Positions 12,744-22,490 of a stretch of 64,000 bases of DNA are shown one piece after another. The stretch is from the NCBI GenBank assembly GCA_041686955.1, contig JAWLCV010000009.1, positions 459 to 64,458 on the forward strand, written 5' to 3'. The notes below the pieces were generated by a model. The model was not told the origin of the DNA. It worked only from the letters and a program-made list of their open reading frames with translations, and did not search any database. The stretch is from Pseudomonadales bacterium. Its GTDB lineage: Bacteria > Pseudomonadota > Gammaproteobacteria > Pseudomonadales > Azotimanducaceae. The first letter of the stretch is position 1. Each line of letters begins with the position of its first letter. Made by a program: the position numbers and the translations under genes.

Positions 12744-13285
12744 TAGTCTGCCGGGGCCAGCACGTAGCGTTCGAACTCCTCCTCGAACACGAGCCGGGTC
12801 GGATCGTCCATGCGGTCGATGTACAGCCGGCCGTCGAGATGGTCGAACTCGTGCTGGAACACCGTGGCGAGAAAGCCGCGCAGCTCGAGCTCCTGGGGCC
12901 GGCCATCGAGATCCAGGGCCGAGACCCGCACGTGCTGGGGGCGTTCCACGAAGCCCCGCAGGCCCGGCACGGACAGGCAGCCCTCCCAGTAGCCGGCACG
13001 GGCGGGATCGAGCACCTCGATCTCGGGATTGACGAACACGGTGAGCGGCATGGCGGGAATCTCGCCGTAGCGGCTCGCCGTGGCGCCGATCTCGATGATG
13101 GCCAGCCGGATCGACTCGTTCACCTGCGGTGCGGCCAGGCCGATGCCGCCGGCGTGATGCAGGGTTTCCACCATGTCGTCCACCAGGCGGCGGATCGGGG
13201 CGCTGCCGATCTCCTCGGCGGTCAGCGGGCGTGCCCGCTGTCGCAGCGTCGGATGGCCCATGCGGATGATCTCTCTGACCGCCAC
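12743..13285 (-). CDS. def: peptide deformylase
   Basis: GIGLAAPQV, EGCLSVPG and QHEFDHLDG motifs. GTG at 13285 gives M-AVREIIRMGHPTLRQ, like other Def N-termini, and avoids overlap with ygfA. ATG 13321 is the alternative. Confidence 0.9.
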   Translation of the reverse strand: MAVREIIRMGHPTLRQRARPLTAEEIGSAPIRRLVDDMVETLHHAGGIGLAAPQVNESIRLAIIEIGATASRYGEIPAMPLTVFVNPEIEVLDPARAGYWEGCLSVPGLRGFVERPQHVRVSALDLDGRPQELELRGFLATVFQHEFDHLDGRLYIDRMDDPTRLVFEEEFERYVLAPAD

Positions 13286-13292
13286 CGTCTCC

Positions 13293-13910
13293 TCACCGTG
13301 TCTCGAAGGATTGCCAGCCATTTTCCGTGATTATGCCGTCGAGCGGTACGTCCCACTCCGCGCACGGCAACGGCTCGGCGGCTCGCTGCACCTCGTGGGC
13401 CACGCCCACGAGGCACGGGCGGAGCGCCGCCGGCAGCCGGCCCAGGTAACGGTCGTAGAAGCCCGCGCCCATGCCGAGCCGCACACCATGGCCGTCGAAC
13501 GCCACCAGGGGCATGAGCAGCAGGTCCAGGGCCAGCGGCGCGACGAAGGGGGCGCCCGGCGCCGGCTCCGGAATGCCGAAGCGGTTCGTCACCAGCGTCG
13601 TGTTGGCCCGGTACCGGTAGAACTCGAGCGCTTCGTGGTCTCGAATCACGGGGAGCGCCACCCGCTTGCGGGTGGCGAGCAGCCTCTTCAGCAGCGGCAG
13701 CGTGTCCACCTCGCCGTCGTTGGCCATGTAGACGCCCACCGTCCGTCCCCGCAGGACCAGCCCGCAGGTGAAGAAGTGCCGGGCCACGGCTTCTGCGTGA
13801 ATCGCCTGAGTGGCGGGATCCAGAGCTCGGCGCAGGCGCCGGAAGCGGCGCCGCAGCGCCCGGCGGCGGGTGGCACCCGCCGATGCGGAACGTGGGGCTC
13901 GGTCGCTCAA
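13293..13910 (-). CDS. ygfA: 5-formyltetrahydrofolate cyclo-ligase
   Basis: 205 aa from a TTG start. VGVYMANDGEVD, LPV....LEFY and GMGAGFYDRYL motifs. Lies downstream of 6S RNA, as in E. coli ssrS-ygfA. Confidence 0.85.
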   Translation of the reverse strand: MSDRAPRSASAGATRRRALRRRFRRLRRALDPATQAIHAEAVARHFFTCGLVLRGRTVGVYMANDGEVDTLPLLKRLLATRKRVALPVIRDHEALEFYRYRANTTLVTNRFGIPEPAPGAPFVAPLALDLLLMPLVAFDGHGVRLGMGAGFYDRYLGRLPAALRPCLVGVAHEVQRAAEPLPCAEWDVPLDGIITENGWQSFETR

Positions 13911-13927
13911 TGAACAGGCATCTCGAT

Positions 13928-14121
13928 GAGATCTCCCAAGATGCCGCTGCCGGTATTGCCCTGAACCGTTCGGTTCAAGGCGGAGACCTCCGAGCGCGGT
14001 CCCAGGCTTCCCAACCCGCTCGCGCGGAGTCGGGCTTGCTCACAGACCACGTCTTCAGCCCCCTGGTGTAGCTCTAACGGCTCAAGGACGACTACCAACT
14101 GGCGAACATCCCAGGAGACCG
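13928..14121 (-). ncRNA. ssrS: 6S RNA
   Basis: The minus strand reads GGUCUCCUGGGAUGUUCGCCAGUUGGUAGUCGUCCUUGAGCCG...CCUUGAACCGAACGGUUCAGGGCAAUACCGGCAGCGGCAUCUUGGGAGAUC. This aligns at both ends with E. coli 6S (AUUUCUCUGAGAUGUUCGC...CCCUGAGCCG...CCUUGAACCAAGGGUUCAAGGGUUACAGCCUGCGGCGGCAUCUCGGAGAUUC). It sits in the conserved zapA-ssrS-ygfA position. Ends are good to about 5 nt. Confidence 0.88.
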
Positions 14122-14125
14122 GAAT

Positions 14126-14131
14126 AGTATA
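14126..14131 (-). promoter_or_regulatory. candidate -10 box (TATACT) of the ssrS promoter
   Basis: Minus-strand TATACT lies 5-7 nt upstream of the homology-inferred 6S 5' end. No good -35 was seen. Confidence 0.4.
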
Positions 14132-14170
14132 GCGGAAAGTGCGTGGGGACGACCCTGACGGATTGAGGAA

Positions 14171-14190
14171 AGCGGACAGCGGATAGCGAA
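14171..14190. repeat. solo arm of the TCCGCT-heptad inverted-repeat element family
   Basis: AGCGGACAGCGGATAGCGAA is identical to 49502-49521, the right arm of the full element. It lies between the zapA stop and the ssrS promoter. Confidence 0.8.
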
Positions 14191-14191
14191 A

Positions 14192-14503
14192 TTACAATCC
14201 CAGTTGCTTGTGCTCGGCCAGCGCCTCGCCGACCCGCTCGCTGAGCTGCCTGACCTTCACCTGGGTCTCCCGGGTCGCCTCCTCCACCGCATTGCGCTTC
14301 TGCAGCAGCTCGTTGGCCAGGTTCAGCGCGGTCATCACTGCGATGCGGTCTAGACCGAACACCTTGCCCGACTCGCGGATCTGGCGCATCTGCTGATCCA
14401 GGTAGCGGGCGGAGGCGGTGAGCGCGTCCACCTCGTCCATGCGGCAGCTCACCTGGTATTCCTTGTCCAGGATCTTCACGCTGACGGTGGTGGTTTCTGC
14501 CAT
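14192..14503 (-). CDS. zapA: cell division protein ZapA
   Basis: 103 aa. VSVKILDKEYQVSC...ARYLDQQMRQIR...DRIAVMTALNLANELL is typical ZapA, in the conserved position upstream of ssrS. Confidence 0.9.
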   Translation of the reverse strand: MAETTTVSVKILDKEYQVSCRMDEVDALTASARYLDQQMRQIRESGKVFGLDRIAVMTALNLANELLQKRNAVEEATRETQVKVRQLSERVGEALAEHKQLGL

Positions 14504-14507
14504 TGGG

Positions 14508-14714
14508 TCAATCCTGCTCGAGGGCCTTCAGCCGGGTGATCATGGATTCCACCCGACTCTTCGCCAACTCGTTCTTCTCGATCAGCTTCGCGCGCTCGGT
14601 GGTCCAGTTCTGCTGCTGGGCGCGCAGCGCGCGGTTCTCGCGGCTCAGGATGGCGCACAGCTCGATCAGCTCGTTCACCTTCTTTTCCAGGGCCGCCCAT
14701 TCCGGACTCGACAT
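14508..14714 (-). CDS. small coiled-coil protein (TIGR02449 / ZapB-like)
   Basis: 68 aa, MSSPEWAALEKKVNELIELCAILSRENRALRAQQQNW...RLKALEQD. The heptad-rich sequence sits where Pseudomonas carries a TIGR02449 gene next to zapA. The long 14508..15353 track ORF is an antisense shadow of ygfB. Alternative start at 14768. Confidence 0.65.
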   Translation of the reverse strand: MSSPEWAALEKKVNELIELCAILSRENRALRAQQQNWTTERAKLIEKNELAKSRVESMITRLKALEQD

Positions 14715-14825
14715 CGGAAAACCCGTCAGTTTGGCGCGGGCGTAAGTGTGCGCTGATTGCATCGGCATGTGAAGGAGGCGTTCTGTTAGCATAGGCTGCA
14801 CCCGAATCCGGAGGTTCGTGACCTC

Positions 14826-15377
14826 GTGGCCGATCTCACCGCGCTCGCGTTGAACGCCGCTCATGGCCTGCCGGTGGCCGAGCTGCACGGCGTGGTCTGC
14901 GGCCTGGCCGTTGCTCACGGGGGCCTGGTGCCCATGCAGGATCTGGTGGAGCTGGTGGGGACCGAAGCCCTCACCGACGAGGCCGCTGTGGCGCGATTCG
15001 TGGAGGCCAGCGTGGGCGACCTGAATGCCACGGACATGACCTTCGCGCCGTTGCTTCCGGAGGAGGAAGCCGCTCTCGCCGCCCGCCTCGAGGCGCTCGG
15101 CCAGTGGTGCGGCAGCTTCCTCGCCGGGCTGGCCGCGGGGCTCGCACGGCAGGGCGCGGGCAGCCTCGACGACTGTCCGGAGGAGGTGCAGGAAATCGTT
15201 CGCGACTTCTCGGCCATCGCTCGGGTGGATTCGCAGGCGTCCGCCGGCGAGGACGCGACGGCGGCGGAACTCGAGGCCGCCGAGAGCGACCTGGTGGAGC
15301 TGCAGGAATTCGTGAAGGTGGGAGTGCTGTTGATGATGAGCGTGCTCGGTCATGACGCCGACGATCCGTCCGAGTGA
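14826..15377 (+). CDS. ygfB: UPF0149 family protein YgfB
   Basis: 183 aa from a GTG start preceded by GGAGG. The AELHGVVCGLAV motif, acidic C-terminal half and position upstream of pepP match YgfB. Confidence 0.8.
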   Translation: MADLTALALNAAHGLPVAELHGVVCGLAVAHGGLVPMQDLVELVGTEALTDEAAVARFVEASVGDLNATDMTFAPLLPEEEAALAARLEALGQWCGSFLAGLAAGLARQGAGSLDDCPEEVQEIVRDFSAIARVDSQASAGEDATAAELEAAESDLVELQEFVKVGVLLMMSVLGHDADDPSE

Positions 15378-16689
15378 GTATCAGCGCCGGCGGGCGGCGC
15401 TGATGAGCATGATGCCTTCCGGTTCCGTGGCCGTGGTCCCCGCTGCCGGCGTTCGATTCCGCAATCGGGACACCGAGTATCTGTTCCGCCAGGACAGCGA
15501 CTTCCACTACCTGACGGGGTTCACTGAGCCCGACGCCGTGCTGGTGCTGGCGCCGGGCCGGGAGCACGGCGAGGTGATTCTGTTCTGCCGCGACCGCGAT
15601 GCGCGCGCCGAACTCTACGACGGCGAGCGCCTCGGGCCCGATGGCGCGGTGGACGCGCTGCACCTGGACGATGCCTTTCCCGTGGCCGACATGGAGGACA
15701 TCCTGCCGGGCATGCTCGAGGGCCGGCAGCGCATCTACATGACCCTGGGCGAGCACCCGGAGCTGGACAACAAGGTGATCCACTGGGTCAGGTCCATCCG
15801 CGCGCGCGAGGCCGGCGGGGCCCAGCCTCCCGGAGAGTTCGTGGCGCTCAAGCATCTGCTGCACGAGCAGCGGCTGTACAAGTCCGCCGCGGAGCTCCGC
15901 ATCATGCGGGAGGCGGCGCGCATCACCTGCCGCGCCCACCGGCGTGCCATGGCCGCGTGCCGGCCGGGGATGACCGAGCTGGCGCTGGAGGCGGAGCTCA
16001 TGCACGAGTTCCTCAAAGGCGGCGCCCGCTCACCGGCCTATCCGAGCATCGTGGGGGCCGGCGCCAACACCTGCGTTCTGCATTACACCGCCAACAGCGG
16101 CACCGTCCGTGCCGGCGACCTGGTGCTGATCGATGCCGGCTGCGAGTTCCAGCACTATGCCTCGGACGTGACGCGCACGTTTCCCGCCGACGGTACCTTC
16201 AGCCGCACCCAGCAGGCGCTCTACGAAGTGGTGCTGGAAGCCAACCGGCGGGCCATCGCCAGTTGCCGGCCGGGGGCCCAGTTCACCACCCCCCACCAGG
16301 AAGCGGTGAGGGTCATGGTGGAAGGGCTCCTGGAGCTGAAGCTGCTGCGCGGCGACGTGAACGAGCTCATCGCCGACGGCTCCTACCGCGCGTTCTGTCC
16401 GCACAACACTTCCCATTGGCTCGGCAGCGACGTTCACGACGTGGGCGACTACCGGGTGGGAGGCGCCTCCCGCGAGCTGGAGCCCGGCATGGTGCTCACC
16501 ATCGAGCCCGGCATCTACCTGCCGCCGGGCGAGGCCACAGCCCATCTGCCGCCGCGCTGGCGGGGCCTCGGCGTGCGCATCGAGGACGACGTGCTCATCA
16601 CCCGGGACGGCTGCGAGGTGCTGACCGCGGACGCTCCGAAATCCGTCGACGACATCCACCGCGTCATGAGGAAGCGCCGCCGTGACTGA
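15352..16689 (+). CDS. pepP: Xaa-Pro aminopeptidase
   Basis: 445 aa, colinear with E. coli PepP (FRQDSDFHYLTGF, VLHYTAN, DLVLIDAGCE, HWLGSDVHDVG, GVRIEDDVLIT). Confidence 0.93.
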   Translation: MTPTIRPSEYQRRRAALMSMMPSGSVAVVPAAGVRFRNRDTEYLFRQDSDFHYLTGFTEPDAVLVLAPGREHGEVILFCRDRDARAELYDGERLGPDGAVDALHLDDAFPVADMEDILPGMLEGRQRIYMTLGEHPELDNKVIHWVRSIRAREAGGAQPPGEFVALKHLLHEQRLYKSAAELRIMREAARITCRAHRRAMAACRPGMTELALEAELMHEFLKGGARSPAYPSIVGAGANTCVLHYTANSGTVRAGDLVLIDAGCEFQHYASDVTRTFPADGTFSRTQQALYEVVLEANRRAIASCRPGAQFTTPHQEAVRVMVEGLLELKLLRGDVNELIADGSYRAFCPHNTSHWLGSDVHDVGDYRVGGASRELEPGMVLTIEPGIYLPPGEATAHLPPRWRGLGVRIEDDVLITRDGCEVLTADAPKSVDDIHRVMRKRRRD

Positions 16690-17917
16690 TCGCGGCGGGC
16701 CCGCCGTGACCGCTCGCGGCGGGCCCGCGGCGGAATACGACGTGGCGGTGGTGGGTGGCGGCCTGATCGGTGCTGCTGCGGCCCTGGGCGCGGCCCGGTT
16801 GGGCCGCCGGGTGGTGCTGCTGGAACCCTTCCAGCCCGAGCTGCAGCGCGGGGGCCTGGGGGTGGATGTGCGCAACGTGGCCGTGTCGCCGGCCTCCCAG
16901 GCATTGCTCGAGCGTCTGGACGTGTGGAGCCGCATGGACGGCGCCGCCTACCGGCGCATGGAGGTGTGGGAGGAGCGCGGCACCCGGGCCATGATCTTCG
17001 ATGCCGCGGAGGTGAATCGGACCGAGCTCGGCTGGATCGTCGAGAACAGCGTCGCGACCGTGGCGCTGTGGGAGGCCCTGCGCCGCCACGAGGGCGTGAC
17101 CATCCACCCGGCCCGGGTGGTCGGTGTGGTGCCGCGGGAAACCGGCGTGAACCTGGAGCTGGAAGAGGGCGCCGTCCGCGCCCGCCTGCTCTTGGCCGCC
17201 GACGGCGCACGGTCGCCACTGCGAGCCGCGCTCGGCGTGGCGGTTGAGACCTTCGACACCGGCCATGCGGCTCTCGCCACGGTGGTGCGCACCCGGCAGC
17301 CGCACGACGGCGTGGCGTATCAGCGCTTTCTCCTGGAAGGGCCGGTCGCGCTGCTGCCGACCCGCGAGCCGCGGCTGTCTTCGGTGGTGTGGTCCCAGCC
17401 GCCGGAGCAGGCGGCCCGCCGCCGGGACCTGCCGGAAGCCGAGTTCTGCGCCGAGCTCGCCCGCTGCCTGCAGCACCGTCTCGGGACGGTGGAGGCGGTG
17501 GACGAGCGGCTGGTCTTTCCCCTGCAGCAGCTTCTGGCGAGCACGTTCACGCCCCATCCCCGGGTGCTGCTCGTGGGCGATGCGGCCCGGGTGCTGCATC
17601 CGCTGGCCGGGCTCGGCGCCAACATGGGCTTCGAGGACGTTCGGGCTCTGCTCGCCGTGCTCCACGCTCTGCCCGCGGGCGCCGATCCCGGCACCCCCGG
17701 TTTGTGGCGGGCGTACGATCGCCGGCGCCGGGCCCGGGCCCGGCTGATGCTCGGCGTCATGAGCGGACTGCGCCGCGTCTACGCCCGGGGCGACCCGGCG
17801 AGCCAGTTGCTGCGCAACGCCGGCGTGGCATTGCTCGGCCGATTGGTCCCCGTGAAGCGTCAGGTCATGATGGAGGCCATGGGTCTCGGCGCGGTGGCAG
17901 AGGGCACGGCGCGCTGA
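16682..17917 (+). CDS. ubiH: FAD-dependent ubiquinone-biosynthesis hydroxylase (UbiH/UbiF/VisC family)
   Basis: YDVAVVGGGLIGAAAAL Rossmann motif and LVGDAARVLHPLAGLGANMGFEDV motif. Lies after pepP, as in E. coli/Pseudomonas. Confidence 0.85.
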   Translation: MTDRGGPAVTARGGPAAEYDVAVVGGGLIGAAAALGAARLGRRVVLLEPFQPELQRGGLGVDVRNVAVSPASQALLERLDVWSRMDGAAYRRMEVWEERGTRAMIFDAAEVNRTELGWIVENSVATVALWEALRRHEGVTIHPARVVGVVPRETGVNLELEEGAVRARLLLAADGARSPLRAALGVAVETFDTGHAALATVVRTRQPHDGVAYQRFLLEGPVALLPTREPRLSSVVWSQPPEQAARRRDLPEAEFCAELARCLQHRLGTVEAVDERLVFPLQQLLASTFTPHPRVLLVGDAARVLHPLAGLGANMGFEDVRALLAVLHALPAGADPGTPGLWRAYDRRRRARARLMLGVMSGLRRVYARGDPASQLLRNAGVALLGRLVPVKRQVMMEAMGLGAVAEGTAR

Positions 17918-17988
17918 TCGGCGGTCCATCGGTCGCCTGCATTCGGCGGCGGCGATACAATGCGCGCTTCACGTCACCAGGGCACCCC

Positions 17989-19071
17989 ATGACCGAAACC
18001 GCTGCTCTTCGCCGTACCCCGCTGTACCAGGCTCACCTGGCCGCCGGCGGCAAGATGGTGGATTTCGCCGGCTGGGAGATGCCCCTGCACTACGGCTCCC
18101 AGCTCGCCGAGCACCGCGCCGTGCGGGCGTCCGCAGGGATGTTCGACGTCTCCCACATGACCGTCGTGGACATCGCAGGCGAAGGCGCCCTGCCGTTCCT
18201 CCGGCGTCTCGTGGCCAACGACGTGGCCAAGCTGGAAGCGCCGGGAAAGGCGCTCTACGGCGTGCTTCTGAACGAGTCGGGGGGCATTCTCGACGACCTC
18301 ATCGTCTATCGTCGCGACTCCGGTTACCGGGCGGTGGTGAACGCGTCCACCCGCGACAAGGTGCTCGACTGGCTGGCCGCTCACCGCAGCAACGGCGTGG
18401 AGCTCGCCGAGCGTGACCTGGCCATGCTCGCCGTCCAGGGGCCGGAAGCCGTCGCTCGGTTCGAGGCGGCGTCCGGGTGGCGCGACGTGGACGGGATCGC
18501 TCCGTTCTCGGCGCGTGAACGCGAAGACTGGATGGTCGCCCGCACCGGCTACACCGGCGAGGACGGGGTGGAAGTGATGTTGCCGCCGGCGGACGCGGAA
18601 CCGCTGTGGCAGGCGCTGCTCGAGGCCGGCGTGCAGCCCGCCGGCCTGGGTGCGCGGGACACCCTGCGCCTGGAAGCGGGGCTGAATCTCTACGGCCAGG
18701 ACATGGACGAGACCACCAGCCCGCTGGTGTCGAACCTGGCGTGGACCGTCGCCTGGGCGCCCGAGGACCGGAAGTTCGTGGGGCGGGAGGCGCTGGAGCG
18801 GGAGCGCGCCCGGGGCCCGGCCACCCGGCTCACCGGGCTGGTGCTGGAGGCGCGCGGGGTACTGCGGCACGGCCAGCGGGTGGTCACGGACGCCGGGGAC
18901 GGCGTGGTGACCAGTGGTATCTTTTCGCCGACGTTGGGGTACAGTATCGCGCTGGCGCGGCTCCCCCGCTCGGCGCGGGGCGAGTGCCGGGTGGACGTGC
19001 GCGGCAAGCTCATGACGGCGCGCATGGTCAAGCCGCCCTTCGTCCGCCAGGGAAAGAAAGTATTCGAATGA
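17989..19071 (+). CDS. gcvT: glycine cleavage system aminomethyltransferase T
   Basis: ATG 17989 gives [37 protein letters not shown]..., 360 aa, typical GcvT. The track ORF start 17389 lies inside ubiH. Confidence 0.93.
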   Translation: MTETAALRRTPLYQAHLAAGGKMVDFAGWEMPLHYGSQLAEHRAVRASAGMFDVSHMTVVDIAGEGALPFLRRLVANDVAKLEAPGKALYGVLLNESGGILDDLIVYRRDSGYRAVVNASTRDKVLDWLAAHRSNGVELAERDLAMLAVQGPEAVARFEAASGWRDVDGIAPFSAREREDWMVARTGYTGEDGVEVMLPPADAEPLWQALLEAGVQPAGLGARDTLRLEAGLNLYGQDMDETTSPLVSNLAWTVAWAPEDRKFVGREALERERARGPATRLTGLVLEARGVLRHGQRVVTDAGDGVVTSGIFSPTLGYSIALARLPRSARGECRVDVRGKLMTARMVKPPFVRQGKKVFE

Positions 19072-19147
19072 ACGCCCTCCATCCGTGGGACCGTCCCGCT
19101 CGAGCGAGGGTTGCAGCAGCCAACGAGGAACCGTTTCGGAGTCATTG

Positions 19148-19543
19148 ATGAGCGAGATCCCATCCGAGCTCAAGTACGCCCGCACCCACGAATGGGCGCG
19201 GCTCGAGGAGGACGGCACCGTGACGGTGGGCATCACGGATCACGCCCAGGAGGCGCTCGGTGACGTGGTGTTCGTCGAGCATCCGGAGGTGGGCCAGCAG
19301 CTCGCCGCCGAGCAGGAGGCCGGTGTGGTGGAGTCCGTGAAGGCGGCTTCCGACATCTATGCACCCGTTGCCGGCACCGTGGTGGCGGTGAACGAGGCGC
19401 TCGAGGATGCCCCGGAGAACGTCAACCAGGATCCGTACGGCAACGGCTGGTTCTTCCGCCTCGAGCCCGACGACCCGGCAGATCTGGACGATCTGCTGGA
19501 CGCGGAAGGCTACGGAGAGTTTCTGGAAACCGAAGAGCACTGA
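19148..19543 (+). CDS. gcvH: glycine cleavage system protein H
   Basis: [34 protein letters not shown] with the lipoyl-lysine motif ESVKAASD. 131 aa. Confidence 0.93.
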   Translation: MSEIPSELKYARTHEWARLEEDGTVTVGITDHAQEALGDVVFVEHPEVGQQLAAEQEAGVVESVKAASDIYAPVAGTVVAVNEALEDAPENVNQDPYGNGWFFRLEPDDPADLDDLLDAEGYGEFLETEEH

Positions 19544-19622
19544 GCTCACCGGAAACGGTTCACCGGACTGGCGCACCCGGCCGCCCCCGCGGTAATACAT
19601 TCAGAGTCTGACGGAGCGTTGC

Positions 19623-20975
19623 ATGCCTTTCATCCCGCACACCGCGGCGGAAGAGCGCCTGATGCTGTCCGAAATCGGCGTGGACAGCATCGAGGCGTTG
19701 TTCGACGAGATTCCCCAGGCGATGCGCGCCGGCGTGCTGACCCAGGTGCCTCACGGGGTCAGCGAGATGGAGATGCTGCGGGATCTCGGCGCCCGCGCAG
19801 CCCGTGACCGCGCCGGCGTGTGCTTTCTCGGCGCCGGATGCTACGACCACCACGTCCCCGCGGCGGTGTGGGACCTGGCCTCCCGGGGCGAGTTCATGAC
19901 CGCCTACACCCCCTACCAGGCCGAAGCGAGCCAGGGGACGCTGCAGGTGATCTACGAGTATCAGACCATGATGGCGGGGCTCACCGGCCTGGACGTCTCC
20001 AACGCCTCGGTGTACGACGGCGCTTCCGGGCTGGCCGAGGCGGCCCTGATGGCGGTGCGGGCGAACCGAAAGGCGAAGAGCCGCACCGTGCTCGTGGCCG
20101 AGTCCGTGCACCCGCACTATCTGGAGACGGCGCGCAACATCGTCGGCAGCCAGGGCGTGGAGATCGTCACCGTGCCGGTGGCGGAGGACGGCCGCGTGGA
20201 CCGGGATTCCCTCGCGGGGATGGAACCGCCCGTGGCGCTGGTGGTGCAGCAGCCGAACTTCTTCGGCCTGCTGGAAGACGTGAACGAACTCACCGACTGG
20301 GCTCACCGGCAGGGAGCGCTGGTCATCGCCGTGGTGAATCCTCTGTCCCTGGCGGTGCTCGCGCCCCCGGGGGAATGGGGGGAGACCGGTGCCGACATCG
20401 CCTGCGGCGACGGGCAGCCCTTCGGCATTCCCATGTCCTCCGGCGGGCCGTCGTTCGGCTTCATCTGCTGCCGCGACGCCTTCGTCCGGCAGATGCCGGG
20501 GCGCATCATCGGCCGCACCGTGGACCTGGAGGGCCGTCCGGGATACACCCTGACCCTGCAGGCCCGCGAGCAGCACATCCGCCGCGGCAAAGCCACGTCG
20601 AACATCTGCACCAATCAGGGATTGCTGGTGACGGCGGCGACCATTCACCTGAGCCTTCTGGGGGCGGCCGGCCTGTCGGCGGTGGGCAGGGCCTGCGCGG
20701 CCAACACCCGCCGCCTGGTGAAGCGGCTGACCGCGGTGGTGGGGGTGAGCCAGCGCTTTCCGGCGCCGTATTTCCACGAGGCGGTGGTGGAGCTGCCCAC
20801 CGACGCGGGTCCGGTGGTGGAGGCCCTGCTGGAGCACGGCATCCTGGGGGGGCTGGCGCTGGGCGCCTACCGGCCGGAGCTGTCCCGCTCGCTTCTCGTC
20901 TGTGCCACCGAGAAGCGTACCGAGAGCGAGATCGAAGCCTACGGCCGGGCGCTGGAGGAGATACTGGCATCATGA
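19623..20975 (+). CDS. gcvPA: glycine dehydrogenase (decarboxylating) subunit 1
   Basis: 450 aa, [20 protein letters not shown]...[16 protein letters not shown], the N-terminal half-type P protein. Confidence 0.9.
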   Translation: MPFIPHTAAEERLMLSEIGVDSIEALFDEIPQAMRAGVLTQVPHGVSEMEMLRDLGARAARDRAGVCFLGAGCYDHHVPAAVWDLASRGEFMTAYTPYQAEASQGTLQVIYEYQTMMAGLTGLDVSNASVYDGASGLAEAALMAVRANRKAKSRTVLVAESVHPHYLETARNIVGSQGVEIVTVPVAEDGRVDRDSLAGMEPPVALVVQQPNFFGLLEDVNELTDWAHRQGALVIAVVNPLSLAVLAPPGEWGETGADIACGDGQPFGIPMSSGGPSFGFICCRDAFVRQMPGRIIGRTVDLEGRPGYTLTLQAREQHIRRGKATSNICTNQGLLVTAATIHLSLLGAAGLSAVGRACAANTRRLVKRLTAVVGVSQRFPAPYFHEAVVELPTDAGPVVEALLEHGILGGLALGAYRPELSRSLLVCATEKRTESEIEAYGRALEEILAS

Positions 20976-22483
20976 GCGACCGTGACGTGACTTCCTCCCG
21001 GCACCGGACCATCTTCGAGCTCGGCCGTGAAGGCCGTGTAGCTCGCGCCCAGCAGGTGGCGGCGCCGCCGGCGGAGGAGGCCCTCGACGGCATCCCCGCC
21101 GAGGCCCTGCGGGCATCGCCGCCCCGGCTGCCCGAGGTTTCCGAGCTTCAGGTGGTGCGCCACTACACCACCCTGTCCCAGCGCAACTTCTCCATCGACA
21201 CCCAGTTCTACCCGCTGGGCTCGTGCACCATGAAGTACAACCCGCGGGGTGCTCACGCGGCGGCCATGCACCCGGACTTCCTGGGACGGCATCCGCTGGC
21301 GCCGGAGGCGGTGAGCCAGGGCTTTCTGTCCTGCCTCTACGAGCTCCAGGAGATCCTCAAGGACGTCACCGGCATGCGCGGTGTGTCCCTGACGCCCATG
21401 GCGGGGGCTCAGGGGGAACTGGCGGGCGTGGCCATGATCCGCGCCTACCACCAGGCCCGGGGCGACCACCAGCGCACCGAGATCCTGGTGCCGAGCGCGG
21501 CTCACGGCACCAACCCGGCAACCGCCGTGATGTGCGGCTACAAGGTGGCCGAGGTGCCCGTGGACCGGCTCGGCGACGTCGATCTGGAAGCGCTGAAGGC
21601 TGCCGTGGGGCCGCAGACCGCGGGCATCATGATGACCAACCCCTCCACCTGCGGGGTCTTCGAGCGGCGCATCGAAGAGATCGCCCGGGTGGTGCACGAC
21701 GCGGGCGGTCTGCTCTACTACGACGGCGCCAACCTGAACGCCATCCTCGGTCAGGTGAAGCCCGGCGACATGGGCTTCGACGTGCTGCACATGAACCTGC
21801 ACAAGACCTTCGCCACGCCCCATGGCGGCGGCGGGCCGGGAGCCGGGCCTGTCGGAGTAGGTGAGCGCTTACTTCCCTTTCTGCCCACGCCCATCGTGGG
21901 CAAGGACGGGGAGCGTTACCGCTGGCTGACGAAGACGGATCTGCCCCAGTCCATCGGCCGGCTGTCCGGATTCGCCGGCAACGCGGGCATCCTGCTGCGG
22001 GCGCTGGCCTACGCGCTCATGCTGGGGCGGGAGGGCATGACCCGGGTAGGCCGCTATGCGACCCTGAACGCCAACTACCTGGCCCGGCGGCTGGAGCGGG
22101 CGGGTTTCGCCCTCGCCTACCCGGAGCGGCGGGCCACCCACGAGTTCATCCTCACCTTCGCCGAGCAGGCGAGGAACCTGGAGGTGAACGCCATGGATTT
22201 CGCCAAGCGCCTCCTGGATTACGGCATCCACTCGCCCACCACCTACTTCCCGCTGCTGGTGCCGGAGTGCTTTCTGGTGGAGCCCACCGAGACCGAGACC
22301 AAGGCCGAGCTCGACGCCTTCGTGGAGGCCCTGGTGGCCATTCGGCAGGAGGCGGAGTCCCAGCCGGATCTGGTGCGGGGCGCGCCCTACGCTCTGCCGG
22401 TGCGCCGGCTCGACGACGTCAAGGCGGCGCGCGAGCTCGATCTGGTGTGGAAGGAGCAGACGCCGCCCGCCGCGGCGGGCTGA
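20972..22483 (+). CDS. gcvPB: glycine dehydrogenase (decarboxylating) subunit 2
   Basis: ATG 20972 overlaps the gcvPA stop (ATGA). PLP region [16 protein letters not shown]. 503 aa. Confidence 0.9.
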   Translation: MSDRDVTSSRHRTIFELGREGRVARAQQVAAPPAEEALDGIPAEALRASPPRLPEVSELQVVRHYTTLSQRNFSIDTQFYPLGSCTMKYNPRGAHAAAMHPDFLGRHPLAPEAVSQGFLSCLYELQEILKDVTGMRGVSLTPMAGAQGELAGVAMIRAYHQARGDHQRTEILVPSAAHGTNPATAVMCGYKVAEVPVDRLGDVDLEALKAAVGPQTAGIMMTNPSTCGVFERRIEEIARVVHDAGGLLYYDGANLNAILGQVKPGDMGFDVLHMNLHKTFATPHGGGGPGAGPVGVGERLLPFLPTPIVGKDGERYRWLTKTDLPQSIGRLSGFAGNAGILLRALAYALMLGREGMTRVGRYATLNANYLARRLERAGFALAYPERRATHEFILTFAEQARNLEVNAMDFAKRLLDYGIHSPTTYFPLLVPECFLVEPTETETKAELDAFVEALVAIRQEAESQPDLVRGAPYALPVRRLDDVKAARELDLVWKEQTPPAAAG

Positions 22484-22490
22484 GCCCGGC

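Noticed and set aside
17918-17988. Possible glycine riboswitch upstream of gcvT
   Set aside because: The ubiH-gcvT spacer is only 71 nt, too short for even a single glycine aptamer plus expression platform, and I saw none of the conserved aptamer core.
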